A DNA stretch of 62,967 bases, the filler included, from Choristocarpus tenellus KU-1152 (Eukaryota > Protista > Phaeophyceae), in assembly GCA_964200185.2 (NCBI GenBank). It is 12 parts of 12 records of this genome, joined end to end, with 100 filler letters (N's around TTAATTAATTAA, not from the genome) between each part and the next. Parts side by side here need not be neighbours in the genome. Positions count along the whole stretch, not along the records: positions 1 to 2,632 come from CAXNAD020026117.1; positions 2,733 to 7,572 come from CAXNAD020012848.1; positions 7,673 to 12,137 come from CAXNAD020014424.1; positions 12,238 to 16,125 come from CAXNAD020017347.1; 8 more parts are not named here. One strand, written 5' to 3'. A program made the translations under genes and the position numbers. Of this stretch, positions 1-12,668 are shown in pieces (position 1 is the first letter of the stretch; each line of letters starts with the position of its first letter). Below the pieces are notes generated by a model. The model did not search any database, was not told where the DNA came from, and was given only the letters and a program-made list of their open reading frames with translations.

Positions 1-50
1 CAAATGGACACCTTGGTGTAGACCCCCCCCCCTCCCAGATACTTTGGACC
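1..50 (-). mobile_element. MITE subfamily F1, left end (truncated by window start)
   Basis: Reverse complement of the F1 left end at 29241 (gacccaaagtatctgggg...gtctacacctgggtgtccatttg). Confidence 0.8.
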
Positions 51-94
51 TAATACAAAGACGCTCCATGAACTTTACGACGAGTGACGTTGAT

Positions 95-150
95 CCTAAC
101 CCTCACACAATAACACTAACCACTAACCTTACCCTGACCCTTACCCCAAA
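95..150 (+). repeat. Degenerate telomere-like (CCCTAA)n tract
   Basis: cctaaccctc...cactaaccactaaccttaccctgacccttacccc. Confidence 0.5.
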
Positions 151-297
151 CTCATCTACATGCCATGCCAACCTAAAATCACCATGCGTCCTACCCACGT
201 TCCGTCGCTGTGCCATCCTCAACCTTCATTACCCAAACCTAACCCAATCTGTCATCAAGTTGAAACCCAACTCACTAAACTAACCTCCTAACTTTGG

Positions 298-851
298 ATG
301 GTATATTTTTTTATTCTTCATGCGAATCCTAGGACAACAGACCCACTCTAACAGCCCTGTTTATGTACATGCGAAATCTGACACATGGAAACCAAAGAAA
401 CTCTAAACCAACCCTAACCTAAACAATGGTATATTTTTTCATTGTTAGAAATGCGAACCCTTGGACAATGGACCCTAACTAATAAGCCCTGTTTGTGTAC
501 ATACCAAATCTGACACATGCAACCAAATACATTAAACTAACCTGAAAACAAGCCATGGTATATTTTTTCGTTCTTAAAGCAAACCCTAGGATATCATACT
601 CTAACCAAGCCCTGTTTCAACACATTGAGAATCTAAGATATGCAATCAAAGAAACACTAAAATTAACCCAAGAACAAAGGATGGCATCTTTTCCCATTTT
701 TCGTGCAAACACAACAACAACAGACACTATCCAACAGCCCCGTTTGAACTTATTGCAAATCCTACACTTGCAACCAAATCACCTCAAAATGGGAATATCG
801 AAAAAAATATCCCAAACGGATGCCCGCCCACACCCCCAGATACTTTGGGTC
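298..851 (+). repeat. Tandem array of four ~128-bp units ending in an F1-type terminal inverted repeat
   Basis: Units begin atggtatatttt at 298, 426, 555 and (diverged) 681; shared agccctgttt..acat..aaatctgacacatgcaaccaaa; array ends ccccagatactttgggtc at 851. Confidence 0.8.
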
Positions 852-2632
852 TCTGGGGAATATAAAATTTTGTGTACACTAGTGTGCACATGAGCAACTG
901 AAATAGTCTATCGCACAGTATGAGATATATAGCTTAGATTGCAAAAGGGTCCAAACTTGCCTACGTCCCAATTGGTTTGGCCTCTAGCAGATAGTGATTT
1001 ATCGTGTCAACCAAATGATCACATTGTTCAACAACACCTACTATATACATTCGTATATATATACCTACTATATACATTCGTCAAAGTAGATTGCGCACTT
1101 GAAGTCAGGTGTATGCTTGCACATGTGAACGCCCTACCACTTTCTGGAAGAGTACGCCAACCTTTCGAACTATGGAGTACGCACTATCTTGTGCCTACGA
1201 ACACTTCCCAGAAGATTAACATGCGGGCAAGAGGAGAAAGTAGAACATACAAGAGAAACAAACACAAAGATGGATTTGGTATTGTTCACAAGATGACAAT
1301 ATTACGTTGCCACAACAGTTGACCTTGAGGTAGCTGTTATATTATATTCCTCTAACAAACAGATTGTAATGCAGGAGACGTACTGCTAGACACAATAAGC
1401 ACTGTGTGAACATGGTCTTGAAAAATCGAGGGAAGAGTCCAGTGGGGTTGGGCTGACCTCACCTGGAAGCTAATCTTTGTACCTGATAAGCTCATTGCGA
1501 CCCCAAGCTCCACAGTATACAGAAGAAGTAGAAATCGACATAAAAATCATTTAGAGTTGAACCGTGAGTTTGTTTCATGTCTTGGGGTCATTCGTTTTGG
1601 ATTACGGCCGGCCGCCAATGAGCAATCAGTACAGGACAAAGACAGTGAGGTGATAAAGTTGAACAACTAACGTTATGAGGAGAGCGCAGCTGAAATCTTC
1701 CTACGATGTTTTGTTCCTGTGGTCCAAGACTTGGACCAAGCGCACACCTAGCTCCTCGTCCTCTAGCTTCAGTGCCGAAAACTAATGTCTTAGCTCAGCC
1801 AGTTCCTGAACCTCTTTGCAGACATGTCTCAAGTTTTTGGACTGTGTTCAACAAGTTTCACGTTGCACTACTATTACCTCCTATACATCGTAAAACTTTG
1901 CAAATCTCCACGTGTGGGATAGACAGACTGTTAGGTCAGTCTATAGTAAAGTTAGTACACTCTCCCCCATAAGGCGTACAGAGACCACGCTTCCATTTTC
2001 TGCCCCCTTCGTATTGTCCTTTTGTTGCTGCAACAATGACAACGGTATACCAAAGACCCGAGCATGCACACACGCACACACGCACACACGCACACACGCA
2101 CACATCATGTCTCGTGCAAGGATGTTCTCACCGCAAGAGTAATGAGGGTTTATCTTGTACAGTCATCAAATATCATTCCACCATATATATCAAAATAATG
2201 TCATTGTTTTTTCTACACGATGGAAGGGCAAAACGAGTTCCCAGTATTTTTACAACTTGTGCATGACAGACGTGACTTCATGACATGATAACATACTTTT
2301 TAAAGCTAAATAATTGAGACGGAGTACTAGTCATCATACTAATAATAGTTTACAAATACACACAACATTTCTCAATCTCTTGTCCCATTCCGGACCTGAG
2401 GGAAGAAAGAATAACAGGCATAGAGGACGTAGGAGTAAAAATTCTACGGCGAGATTATACTTGTGAGAAACACACCTTGACCGCCATACTGAAGGCTTTC
2501 GTCTATTTTCTACAATATGTGTATGGCCTACGTTCATGTAGTACGCAGCAGAAGAAGCGCATAATACATGTTACGTAGTACATCATATAATACCAATACA
2601 CCAGAGGGTCATTGTCTCGAATGTGGGTGCTC

Positions 2633-2732
2633 NNNNNNNNNNNNNNNNNNNNNNNNNNNNNNNNNNNNNNNNNNNNTTAATTAATTAANNNNNNNNNNNN
2701 NNNNNNNNNNNNNNNNNNNNNNNNNNNNNNNN
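2633..2732. other. Artificial contig spacer (N44-TTAATTAATTAA-N44); also at 7573, 12138, 16126, 25424, 29074, 33263, 43050, 49945, 53373, 59759
   Basis: Identical 100-nt linker with stops in all six frames, 11 occurrences. Confidence 0.98.
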
Positions 2733-5700
2733 AAAAAGAAGAACATAGATGCTGTAATACGAATTCTTTCCTCCTTGCTTGTGGATGAACACGGACACGA
2801 AGGGGGGGGGGTGAAAGGTATACATGGCACGATATTGCCACATGATTCTCGGACGAGAAACAAAAATTTGCTCCATTGGCAGAGGCCCTGCGGGATGTAT
2901 TCTCCAGGGAGAAAGCGGCCTCATCCACAGATCATCAGGTCAAAACCTTTGTCAATGCCATCAAGAACGACCTGAACACGAAGCACACCCGTCAAGTGTA
3001 CAACTCTGTCCTCGCGGGCATTGCACCAGATGTGTGCCTCCTACAAGATGGGATCGCCACAACGTTCGAACCAACCCTGCCCAGGCAAGCGAAGAGATAC
3101 AAAGATCAAGAAAGAAACACTAAAGTCTTTCGCGCACAAGAGGGCCCTCTTCTTACAGGATCACGTGAATCGAGAGGGGGAGAGACGGGAACCAGCGATT
3201 CTTTCAACAACGTACGGCGCTACAACCTCCGCATCTGCGTCTAGCGCCCACAGCCCAACAACAAGTCTTGACAAACTGGGGTTCTCAACTACAAGCCCTC
3301 GGTCCACATCGCCTCGTCCCAGGTGCAACATGGGGTGTCTGTGATGATTGAACATTAGCTCATTACGAATTCTTTAAGACCTCCATCCCTAAATTTGGGG
3401 AGGCCAGTTTACCTATTTCCAACGATGACGCATCCCCCTTTTTAACATGTGCCCCTCGTATACACACGAACTTGGACAGGCCCAGGATATTTGACACAAA
3501 GCGAGACAATTCTTCCTGCCTTTTCAAGAACAAGCATCCGGAAACCCACATCCTTGCCCTGAATGTATGGGAGAACAACAGCAAGCCCATGCCCTACGAT
3601 CCAATCTGGAAACACGATGACGCTACGGGCATGCGCTATCTGGACCCCCGCACCAACAAGAGAGTCTGCCATCCAAACGCTCGCTGCCAACAACAAGCTC
3701 AGAGGTACTGTCGCCTACAAGTGTACAGAGTGTGTTCGCCGCTTCTTATTTTCGCATGCTCCCGAACGATTTAACGTCCCACGCCTCAAACGTTAAACTG
3801 CAGTCTACTCAATTCTCTCCCCTCCTATCCAACAATGACAGAACACAGATTGGAACAGATAAGGAGGTGTATGACATATTCAAGGAGAGGTTGGAGGTCC
3901 AGGGATTGAATGGAGGTACACCTTGTCAAAGTGCCTTCATCAAGTGGAGACCCTTCTACATCACCAAGGCCACCATGAGGTGACAGAAAAATGTTATATT
4001 GCCACCCCCTTGCATGAGACATAGAATAAACCCTGGGACATTCGACACCACCACAGAACAGCTTAAACAAGTAATTCGTGGGTTGCCTCCACAACGACAT
4101 ACAACCAATCCTAAATCCCCACCCACCCTCACATCGTTCAACTGCCATGCAGGTCCTGTGTTTGTGTGCATCACCTGTTAACAGAAAGTCTTATCACAGA
4201 GCCAAAGTATCGTAGAGGGTAGAGCCGCGTCCATTTGGGGGTCAAAATCTAATGTTGTGATTTTGATGTAATTTTGGCTATCGTGTTTGTTAGGAAGTGT
4301 CAATACCCTTGTTCCAGGTACACCTTTTCATAATGTATACAATTTACCGACTCCGAAACATTTTGGACTAGGAATATGTACTTAAAAAAAACGATGGCAA
4401 GTCAAGTCCCAAACGGACAAACAGGGCAAAACTCGTACCCTCTAAGATACTTTCACTCACATACTTGAGGAACAACTGGGAGAAAGTACACAAAAACATG
4501 ATGCAAGAGGGAGACAAGGCGACATGCTCATGTGACTGTGACTTCTGTCGAAATGGGGATGTGTGCCAATCTGTACAGGTTCAGATTGCCCTCAAGAGTC
4601 CTTCGAACATGATGGAGTTCCTATTGTGAGTCGGCTCTCAATCTACTATCTACTTGTGAAAATATTAGCTACTGTCTCTGCACATCCCCTTCAGTACTCC
4701 ACTATTCCTTATAGCGTTTCTTTGCCTTTTCATACTCGTTTACATCCCCTGTTTCATCATGAATGTGGCTGACAAACACACATCATCCACTACATCCAAT
4801 GCACTTGTCCTCCCCATCCAGATGCAAGAGGGCGAATCTCGAGGGGGTTGGAACAAAGACTATGGGTGAAGAGGGAGGATACGCGACCTCTTGCATTAAT
4901 GGCACATGCGATACATGCAAATGGAAGGAGCACCCCATCTGGAAATGTCCCCGTAATGGTCGAATCTCACTCCATTATTGTAACCTGGAACGAGTTCATC
5001 AGTGCATACACCCCTATTGTAGAGAGCGATCTTGAAGGAATGTCGCATAACGAGATCAAGGTGAATGTGGGCCCTGTATGGTTGTAAACAAGGTCGCAAA
5101 TCCTGTATACACAGTTTCCAGGACTTGATTTGTACAAACCCTTCTTTCTTAGAGAAACAGGCTACACCCACACAGGTGCCCACTCCGTAAATTCAACTAT
5201 CCCTTCATTCTTTGCCCATGTTCTTCCTTTCCTCTGCAGGCTCTCCCGGATCGACTAGCTCTACGTGCACCCAGAGGGGCCACAAAGCAAGAGGTGATTG
5301 ATAGGATAAAGGACAAGTATGCAGAGTATAGGGCAAAGGATCTTATGTCTGACGATTCCATCGCAGCCAGCTGCATGCCTGGAGATACCTCTCCGCACGG
5401 TGAAGATATTGATGAGGATAACAACATCCCAACGACCAGAACCAACAAGCACAAGAAGAAGCGAAAGGTGATGACTCCGCAATCCCCACAAGTATCGAAA
5501 AGAAGAGCATCCCCCACTCACTGCAAACAAGGCTCAGTGTTGTTGCTGATCACTAATGTGTCATGGCTCCCTTCTTACAGGTTCTACTCCGAGGACAGAG
5601 ACGTTTCCAACACTTGTTGGAGTCATCCTCAAAAACTTCGACAAGAACTTTTTCCTACATCACAACGCCAGCGGTTGGCAGGCCCGCCACTACAAGCAGT

Positions 5701-7572
5701 CCATAGCCCGTCTACGTGCCGGGCAGGCCGTACTCGATGTAGACTTCCAATCCCAATACAGTCACAGTCACCAGGACTTGACCCAACAGGAGTTCTTCAA
5801 CCTTTTCTTGACTGCAATGTTCCCCGCTGCCGTGTGGATGAAGGACTTCAGGAGGGGGGAGGCCTCGGAGGGGGACAGACGTGGGCGCACAGCTTTGTGT
5901 TCTTAAGTCAAGACACCAGCCAGGACAATGAGTTTGTGCAGCACGTTCTGGAGAAGCTCATCAACGAGTTCTTGAAGCCCATGGCTCGGGAGTATGGACA
6001 GGAACTGCGGGTCCTCCACATCTGGACCGACGGATGCGGAAGCCAGTTCAAGAACAGGTGGCAGATGGAGTGGGTCTCGAAGGCCTTTGGAAGGCATGGG
6101 ATCGCAGTCATCCACAATTTCTTTGCGTCGTGACACTGGAAGTCCCTATCGGATGCGATTGGGGCTGTGGTTAAGTCCAATTCCAAGCTGCTTGAGCGCA
6201 ACAGAGTGAGGATGCCGGGCACATTATCCTTGGTGGAGACGCTCAAAGCTTCCTCAACAGATTTCTACTTGACCTTGCCCACACCGGAGGAAGAGGATCA
6301 AATGCGGAAGGAGTCCAAGGTTCCTCTGGCGCATGCTGTTGCTGCGAAGGTCAGTACCTTGTAAAAGTATCTAACCCTCTAACCTCTTGTGTATGGACCC
6401 CTCCACCCTAAGCTAAAATTCCATTGGTTTGTCTGGTCTAAAGCTCTCACATTCGAGTACTTCTGTCTTTTCTAATTCATGACATATACCGCCATTTTCT
6501 CTTTCGATTTTACTCCTAAATTCACCAACATCTGAATCATAAATTGGATCAAGTGCTGAATTCTTACACACCCATGTGGCTGCCTATGCGCAGGTGTGGA
6601 CTGGCAAGGATGGCAGGAAGCACAGGGAGATACGAGCAACGCTTCTCGCGCCAAACACGCCCAGGAAGCAGACCATTGTTCACGTTCCCCCTCACGAAGT
6701 GAACCGCATCGGGCGACACGACCCACGCGTACCCCTCATTCCAGGCATCAAGTCCATGCACAGATTTATCACCCAACCGTGTTTGAATGGTGGCCCTCCA
6801 TCCGTGGTCTACACCGAGAGGTCGTGTTACTGCACAGGTTGCACGGCTGGCAACGTTGAAAACTGCAGGTGGCGGGTGACAGACGTCCCTGTGTTGAAGC
6901 GGATCAATCTGGGGCTCTCACCTCAAGGGACACCCGGGGACATGTTCCTTAGGCGTCACCTTTTCAGAAGGAGGACCCAGCTAGAAGTGGGCAACGTGTG
7001 CATAGTGAGAACGGATCAATCAGACTACGATGGACTACGGTTCCTTCCCTTCACTGTTCACCAGAAGGAAACGGTACAATGGAATGCCAGGGAACACTCG
7101 AGGTACGGCGGCCAGTTTGGTATCGGTGATGAGGTGGTGTTCGTCATAGAGGACTTCAAGGTCATTCGCAACGTCTGGGTTGATGGAGTGCCAACTATTC
7201 GTCGTCTCTCACGAACTGCCCAGGTGAATACATTATATAGTGACATGAATTGTGAAGAAAATTTAAGCATAAACCTCTTTATACATCTACTGTTTTGAGT
7301 CACCTATACATATATAGCGATTGCTTTCAAATGAAATATTTGACTAACAATAGTACCTCAATAGCACGATCTGGCTACACTGCACTCCAACAAATTAATA
7401 TAACATCAAAACGATTTACCATTGCCACCCCCTCAATATTCGGTTGAACAGTGCATCTGCCTAGGTTGCACCCCCCTTTAACCACTCCAACCGCTCCAAC
7501 CCCTCCCCCCCGACTCTGATTTTTCCACTTCCTACAACAGGACCCACCACAACATCCCCGTGCTGTGTCACT
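2733..7572 (+). mobile_element. Intron-containing DDD transposase pseudogene, Sola2-like (copy 1, catalytic core present)
   Basis: Ordered motifs FIKWRPFYI, TCSCDCDFC, VDFQSQYSHSHQD, LHIWTDGCGSQFKNR, HNFFAS*HWKSLSDAIGAVVK, IPGIKSMHRF, RSCYCTGC; phase-0 GT-AG intron 6350-6593; frameshift near 5870 and stop at 6131; superfamily label is from recalled motifs. Confidence 0.75.
4199..4458 (+). mobile_element. MITE subfamily F2 (260 bp), in an intron of the transposase
   Basis: TIRs gagccaaagtatcgtagagggta / taccctctaagatactttcactc; flanking direct repeat ACA. Confidence 0.9.
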
Positions 7573-7672
7573 NNNNNNNNNNNNNNNNNNNNNNNNNNNN
7601 NNNNNNNNNNNNNNNNTTAATTAATTAANNNNNNNNNNNNNNNNNNNNNNNNNNNNNNNNNNNNNNNNNNNN

Positions 7673-7855
7673 GGGGGCCACTGAACAGTTCAAGGCCAGG
7701 TTGGTGGCACAGGACTTCACTCAACAAGAGGATGTACAAGACATTCAATTATGACAGGCTTCAAGCCTGGGGGAGTGAGTGCTACTTCAACAAAATAAAC
7801 AATGGACAATGGGGCCTGGTCAGGTATGGAGACTCAGATTGGGGGCAATGACACT
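7673..7855 (+). mobile_element. Ty1/Copia pol fragment (heavily deleted)
   Basis: EQFKARLVAQDFTQ (RT start) followed within ~120 nt by YGDSDWG (RNase H start). Confidence 0.7.
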
Positions 7856-7859
7856 ACAT

Positions 7860-9282
7860 CAAGGCGGGGCACGACAGGGCATCATTATGCTGGAACGTGT
7901 AGGAAGACAATCTGATGACCTCAGCACAGGTGACGTTCCAGCCTGAAGCCAAACTGCTGGAGCTAGTGGTGGAGCCAGAGCTGGACATACTGGAGGAATC
8001 AGAATTTGATGAAGACATAAATTTGGATGTACAAAACGTAGAAGAGGCTTCCACAACAGGGAGTGAGGCAGACATGACTGGGGGTGAGAACCCAAATATT
8101 GGACGTGGGACTCAAAATGCAAAGCGCCCAGCTTCCCCTCACAGTCAAGAAATTCCCAGGATGGGACAACGCCAACGCATGGATAGGGCTGCACAAATGA
8201 CAACCAAACGCTTGACCACACACTCTGACAGGCGGAAATCTGCCAGGCTGGAGTAGCGCCGGCGGATGGCCCACACATGCCAAATGTGTGCCCAGGAAGA
8301 GGATGAGGAAATGGAAATGAACCACTTTGTATCAACCCTTATGCAGCAGAACAACGAAGAAGTATACTGCCTTATGGGTCTCATAGGAGAAGTAACAGCA
8401 GGTCTAGAAGAACCATCTACAACCAAGGAGGCCTTGAATGGGCCAGACGCAGATCAATGACAGGAAGCCATGGAAAAGGAATTGCAGGACTTTGGCAGAA
8501 GGGGACATTTAGTGACAAAGCCCTACCCCAAGGAAGGAAGGCAATCAAGACACGATTTGTTTTCAAAATCAAGTACTCTGCAGACGGGACAGTAGAACGA
8601 TATAAGGCATGACTCGACCAGACCTGGCTAATAGTGTTCGTGAACTGGGGCGTAGAGCAGCATCTCCATGCATGCGACACTGGCGCGGATTACAGCACGT
8701 TCTGCGCTACGTAGCAGGGACATTGGATATCTGCATTCACTATGATCGAGGGAACAAAGATATGAACGAGAGAGAAGAAGAACTCCTGGTTGGGTATGGA
8801 GATTCTGACTGGGGCACAGACCAACAAACACGCAGGAGTGTTACAGGGTTCATAATCCTGCTCAACGGATCACCGATCGCCTGGCGCTCTAAGCTTCAAG
8901 GTGCTGTCACCCTCTCCAGCTCGGAGGCAGAGTGGACGGCAATGGCATACGGCATGCGTCACTGCATTTTCCTTCAAGGCATTCTGGGGGAGATTGGCAT
9001 ATTACAGAAACAGATTCCCTGGTTCTGTGATAATCGTGGTGCTATTCAAGCGAGCAGCATCACAGGATTCAATGGAAGGACCAAACATGTGGACATAAAT
9101 TTAAAGTGTACAAGAGAGTATGTAGATCAAGGAATATTTCATGTAGAATATGTTCCAACGTGAAGACAATTAGCTGACATTTTGACTAAGTCTTTGCGTA
9201 AGAGTCTTACTTCTGATTTTGTACATTCTGTACTTTCACGTCTAGAGGTTTGTCAGCAACTTTGCTGCACGCTCATGGGGGA
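7860..9282 (+). mobile_element. Ty1/Copia retrotransposon relic: integrase-RT linker, RT start, RT end and RNase H
   Basis: EPSTTKEAL, KAIKTRFVFKIK..DGTVERYKA, TRPDLANSV, GYGDSDWG, RRSVTG, SSSEAEW, DNRGAI, RTKHVDI, QLADILTK; premature stops; purine run atgggggag near 9275 as a possible polypurine tract. Confidence 0.92.
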
Positions 9283-10179
9283 GTCTGCAACTAGTAGTCT
9301 ATATGGTTTATAGTATATAAGTGAATGAAGTAATTTAACTTGAACTTATAAGTGACTGGCGTAGTGTAACTGTCAAAAACATGTTTGAACATATTTTTGA
9401 CATGTTTGATGACAAAAGAATTAGATAACAAGGGAGAGCACCACCCCCCACCTTGAGGGTAGTGCTCACTCCGCTAATAAATATATCCATACCACACAAA
9501 GCAAAATACTCTACTTGAGTAGCTCTCTCTTGCATAGACTTGCGGACTTTGGGGACAAGCATCAGTAGTGGGGGGATAGACTTGGGAAATCTGTTGTGCC
9601 GACACAGCTGTCAGTGTAGTGCTCAGTAGTCTTTTACAGCGGTGCCATGCATGTTGGTGTACCAAGATCACACAGGACGGCATTGGCAAATCTTTGCTTA
9701 AATTTGAGGTAATTTGTTATTTTATGGAATTTATTTTGTGTAAAGTCCTCTTATCTTGAGCTTCTGATGCATAACCAAACAAAGTTGCCAACCCTGACCT
9801 TGTATCATGACCTTGAGCAACGTTAAAGTAACGATGGTGATCCCAGCGCTGTTCAGAAGGTTGGTTAGGATATAATATTATCCACTACTCAGAACGAAGT
9901 GAGCTGCTCTTGTCCATGAGGACAATCTTTACCAAAATACATTGTCAACAACCAGTTGCAATTGATTTTTCCTTTTGACTGTTATCTCTCAATCACTCTC
10001 TACATTGTACTGACAAATGACTCTTTGTCCTGTAATACGTCTTCCTACATCTTCTTGTATGTACTCTACAAAAAGTATAATACCAATTGTACTGTTCACT
10101 ATCACACAAATTGTCAATAGCGCAAAATGCAAAGCACTGTTTGACAAGCAAGATCCCATCATCAGGACCTCATCCAAAC

Positions 10180-11846
10180 AATCCCTCCGTTTTCTTCCTT
10201 GTACTGGTAGTGTGCTATGAGCCTATTCCTAAGCTCATCAAATCCCATCTCCCTCTCCAAATACTCTTCAGATCCCCCTCCCCTCTGGTCCCTTGGAATG
10301 CCCATCCGTGTGAAATCAGTCTAAGGGCCACTGCAGAAGGCATCGTGCAGACCAGCATCCCTTGTCCAATCAGTATTGCCCTCCAACTCTCCAAGGCCAT
10401 CATATGAATAAAGCATATTTTGCAATATGCTGCATGTGAAGAATATGGTATCTATCTTCTTCCTGTGCGAATATAGTAGTGGCAGGTTGAGGATTCCGAA
10501 GCGGCTCTTGACTCTGCTAAAAAAGCACTCGAAATCCTTGCGTACACTCTCCACTCGTTCGATCCACCTTGCCTGTGCCTGTATGACAGATGCCCTCAGG
10601 GGGCATATTGTGCACCTCCACTGCAGATGCAAAGATCGGGTAGGGCAAAGGAATGTTGATTTGCTAGTTTGATAAGCACTCATTTTCACAGGAGCTAAAC
10701 CTAACATAGGTATGGCCGTACAGTCACGTTTTCCTGTCACCTTGTGGTAGCCCCCATCGACAAGGACATAGGTCCCTTTCTTGGTGTAACAGTTCCAGAC
10801 GGAGTCCTTGATGTTGTACCCCAGCTTTCTGTATGTGGGGTCATTCCTAAGTTTGTGGATAGCACCACCACATATCGAATGATTGTCTTATCGTTTTTGG
10901 CTCCAGGGAACCCAGCAGTCACTCCCCGTGCAAATCCAGCATAGTCAACGGTCACTTCATAGGCGAGTGTCGTGTAACCCTCCTTACCGATGTAATATTG
11001 GGCATCACTAATTGGCGCCCTCTCCCACCGCACATATGTGCCACATCAGTGGAACCCACAGCACCAGGAAACCCCACAGCTCCATATTTGCGCATGACCT
11101 CCCCCAGATCTTCGCCCTCTAGTAGTTAAATCCGACTCGAGTACATATCATGCGCAAAACACTCAAAGAAGCGGTGAGACGTGGGTGGTTTGTGCTGTGC
11201 TCTCAGATATACCGGAACATTTCTTGATATCATCAAAGCAGTTTCCCCTGGTGAGGATTTGGAGGACCGATAGTATCTGCAGGCGGCAAGTCACATCCAG
11301 TATTGTCGGACCAAAGGACGGTTGAATCTACGAGCCCTATCGAGGTAGCCCTTTCACACACAAACTCTACTGGCGGGTATGCTCACCTTCAGCTTCACGG
11401 GTATGCCAGGGCGTCCGGTGGCATCTGCGGTTCGACAACCAAAAGCCACCCCTGCCTTTGTACCTCCTTCACTAAATCTTCAAAGAACCAAATGGGACTC
11501 GTAACCGCCTCCTGAACTTCAGCGACTCCCGAGAAGTGACGTCTCTCAGGACTTCTTCTCTCCCCAGCATAACCCCCCATGTGCTTGCCATGTAAACAGG
11601 CCGGTCTTGGGGGATGCAAAACCTGCGAAATAATGGACGTTCTTCCTCCTCATCCTCGTCCATCAAAGCGGGGATGAGCAATATCCCAGTTGCGTTTATC
11701 TTAGATGTCGCCTCCAACATAAAGGTAGATTCATCGAGAGACGACGAACTAGAAGACGAAGAACTGGAAGACGATGAAGTCGAGGATGATGAACCTGAGG
11801 ACGATGACATTTGGTCTCTCTCACTCTCTTCATCCATTTTGTCCAT
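10180..11846 (-). mobile_element. PIF/Harbinger-type (Plant_tran/DDE_Tnp_4-like) transposase pseudogene
   Basis: FRRRLRVPF, GFPGAVGSTD, GKEGYTTLAYEVTVD, GFPGAKNDKTI, ESVRKDFECFFSRVKSRFGIL, TCSILQNML, spread over several frames. Confidence 0.88.
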
Positions 11847-11937
11847 CTTGAACCAGATGTGCTATAGGTAATGACTCTGTAGCCCCAAGTACATTACTAT
11901 GAACAACAGCAGAGGGCAAATCGAAACACCAAGAATT

Positions 11938-12015
11938 CCGTTCAGATTTGCCTTGAAAATTGTGAAGAATGGTCTGATCCACCCTCCGTTCAGATTTGCC
12001 TCGTTCAGAAATGCC
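11938..12015 (+). repeat. Three direct repeats of ccgttcagatttgcc upstream of the Harbinger ORF
   Basis: Copies at 11938, 11986 and (variant) 12001. Confidence 0.7.
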
Positions 12016-12237
12016 TCAAAATTGCCATACATATGAATGAATACATCGTAACGAGTGTAATTTACCAAAGTTCTGTTCGTAGATAGTGCTGCTGATACAC
12101 TATAGACACCATCGGTGGAGTAGATTAGGAAATGCAGNNNNNNNNNNNNNNNNNNNNNNNNNNNNNNNNNNNNNNNNNNNNTTAATTAATTAANNNNNNN
12201 NNNNNNNNNNNNNNNNNNNNNNNNNNNNNNNNNNNNN

Positions 12238-12314
12238 CAAATCACCCAAAAATCGCGACATGAAAGAATTGACCCCAAATGGACAGCGCCACCCCCTCCC
12301 AGACACTTTGAGCC
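12238..12314 (+). mobile_element. MITE F1 right end (contig start)
   Basis: aaaaatcgcgacatgaaa...ccaaatggacagc...ccagacactttgagcc matches 29340-29419. Confidence 0.85.
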
Positions 12315-12371
12315 TTTGCTAATTGCACGTTTTACCTATTGACTCATGGATTGTCTCATCCCATTTCGAAG

Positions 12372-12504
12372 AAACATGTATGCCACTGGGAGGAGAATGT
12401 GCAAAGAAAAAGGATTGCTGCAGAGACACCAATGCCACAAAAAAGGCCAAGTGCAAAAAGAATACATGCTGCATGAAGAAGAAGAAGACCTGCGCAACAG
12501 ACGA
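12372..12504 (+). CDS. Probable exon encoding a cysteine-knot-like repeat
   Basis: CMPLGGECAKKKDCCRDTNATKKAKCKKNTCCMKKKKTC = C-X6-C-X5-CC-X10-C-X4-C plus the start of a second repeat; AG before, GTGAG after. Confidence 0.55.
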
Positions 12505-12668
12505 GTGAGGGCTATTTATATACCTCATTCTGCGTTATGATTTACCTCTCTATGGCATCTTGACAGAATAGCATTGTCGAATTGTATCATATCTTTGTTA
12601 TGCATCTCTTCTCAACACCAACTCAAATTTCTGTGATAAAGTTGTACATATCTATGATAATATGAATT

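Noticed and set aside
555-893. 112-aa ORF
   Set aside because: Lies within the tandem repeat and TIR; no coding signature.
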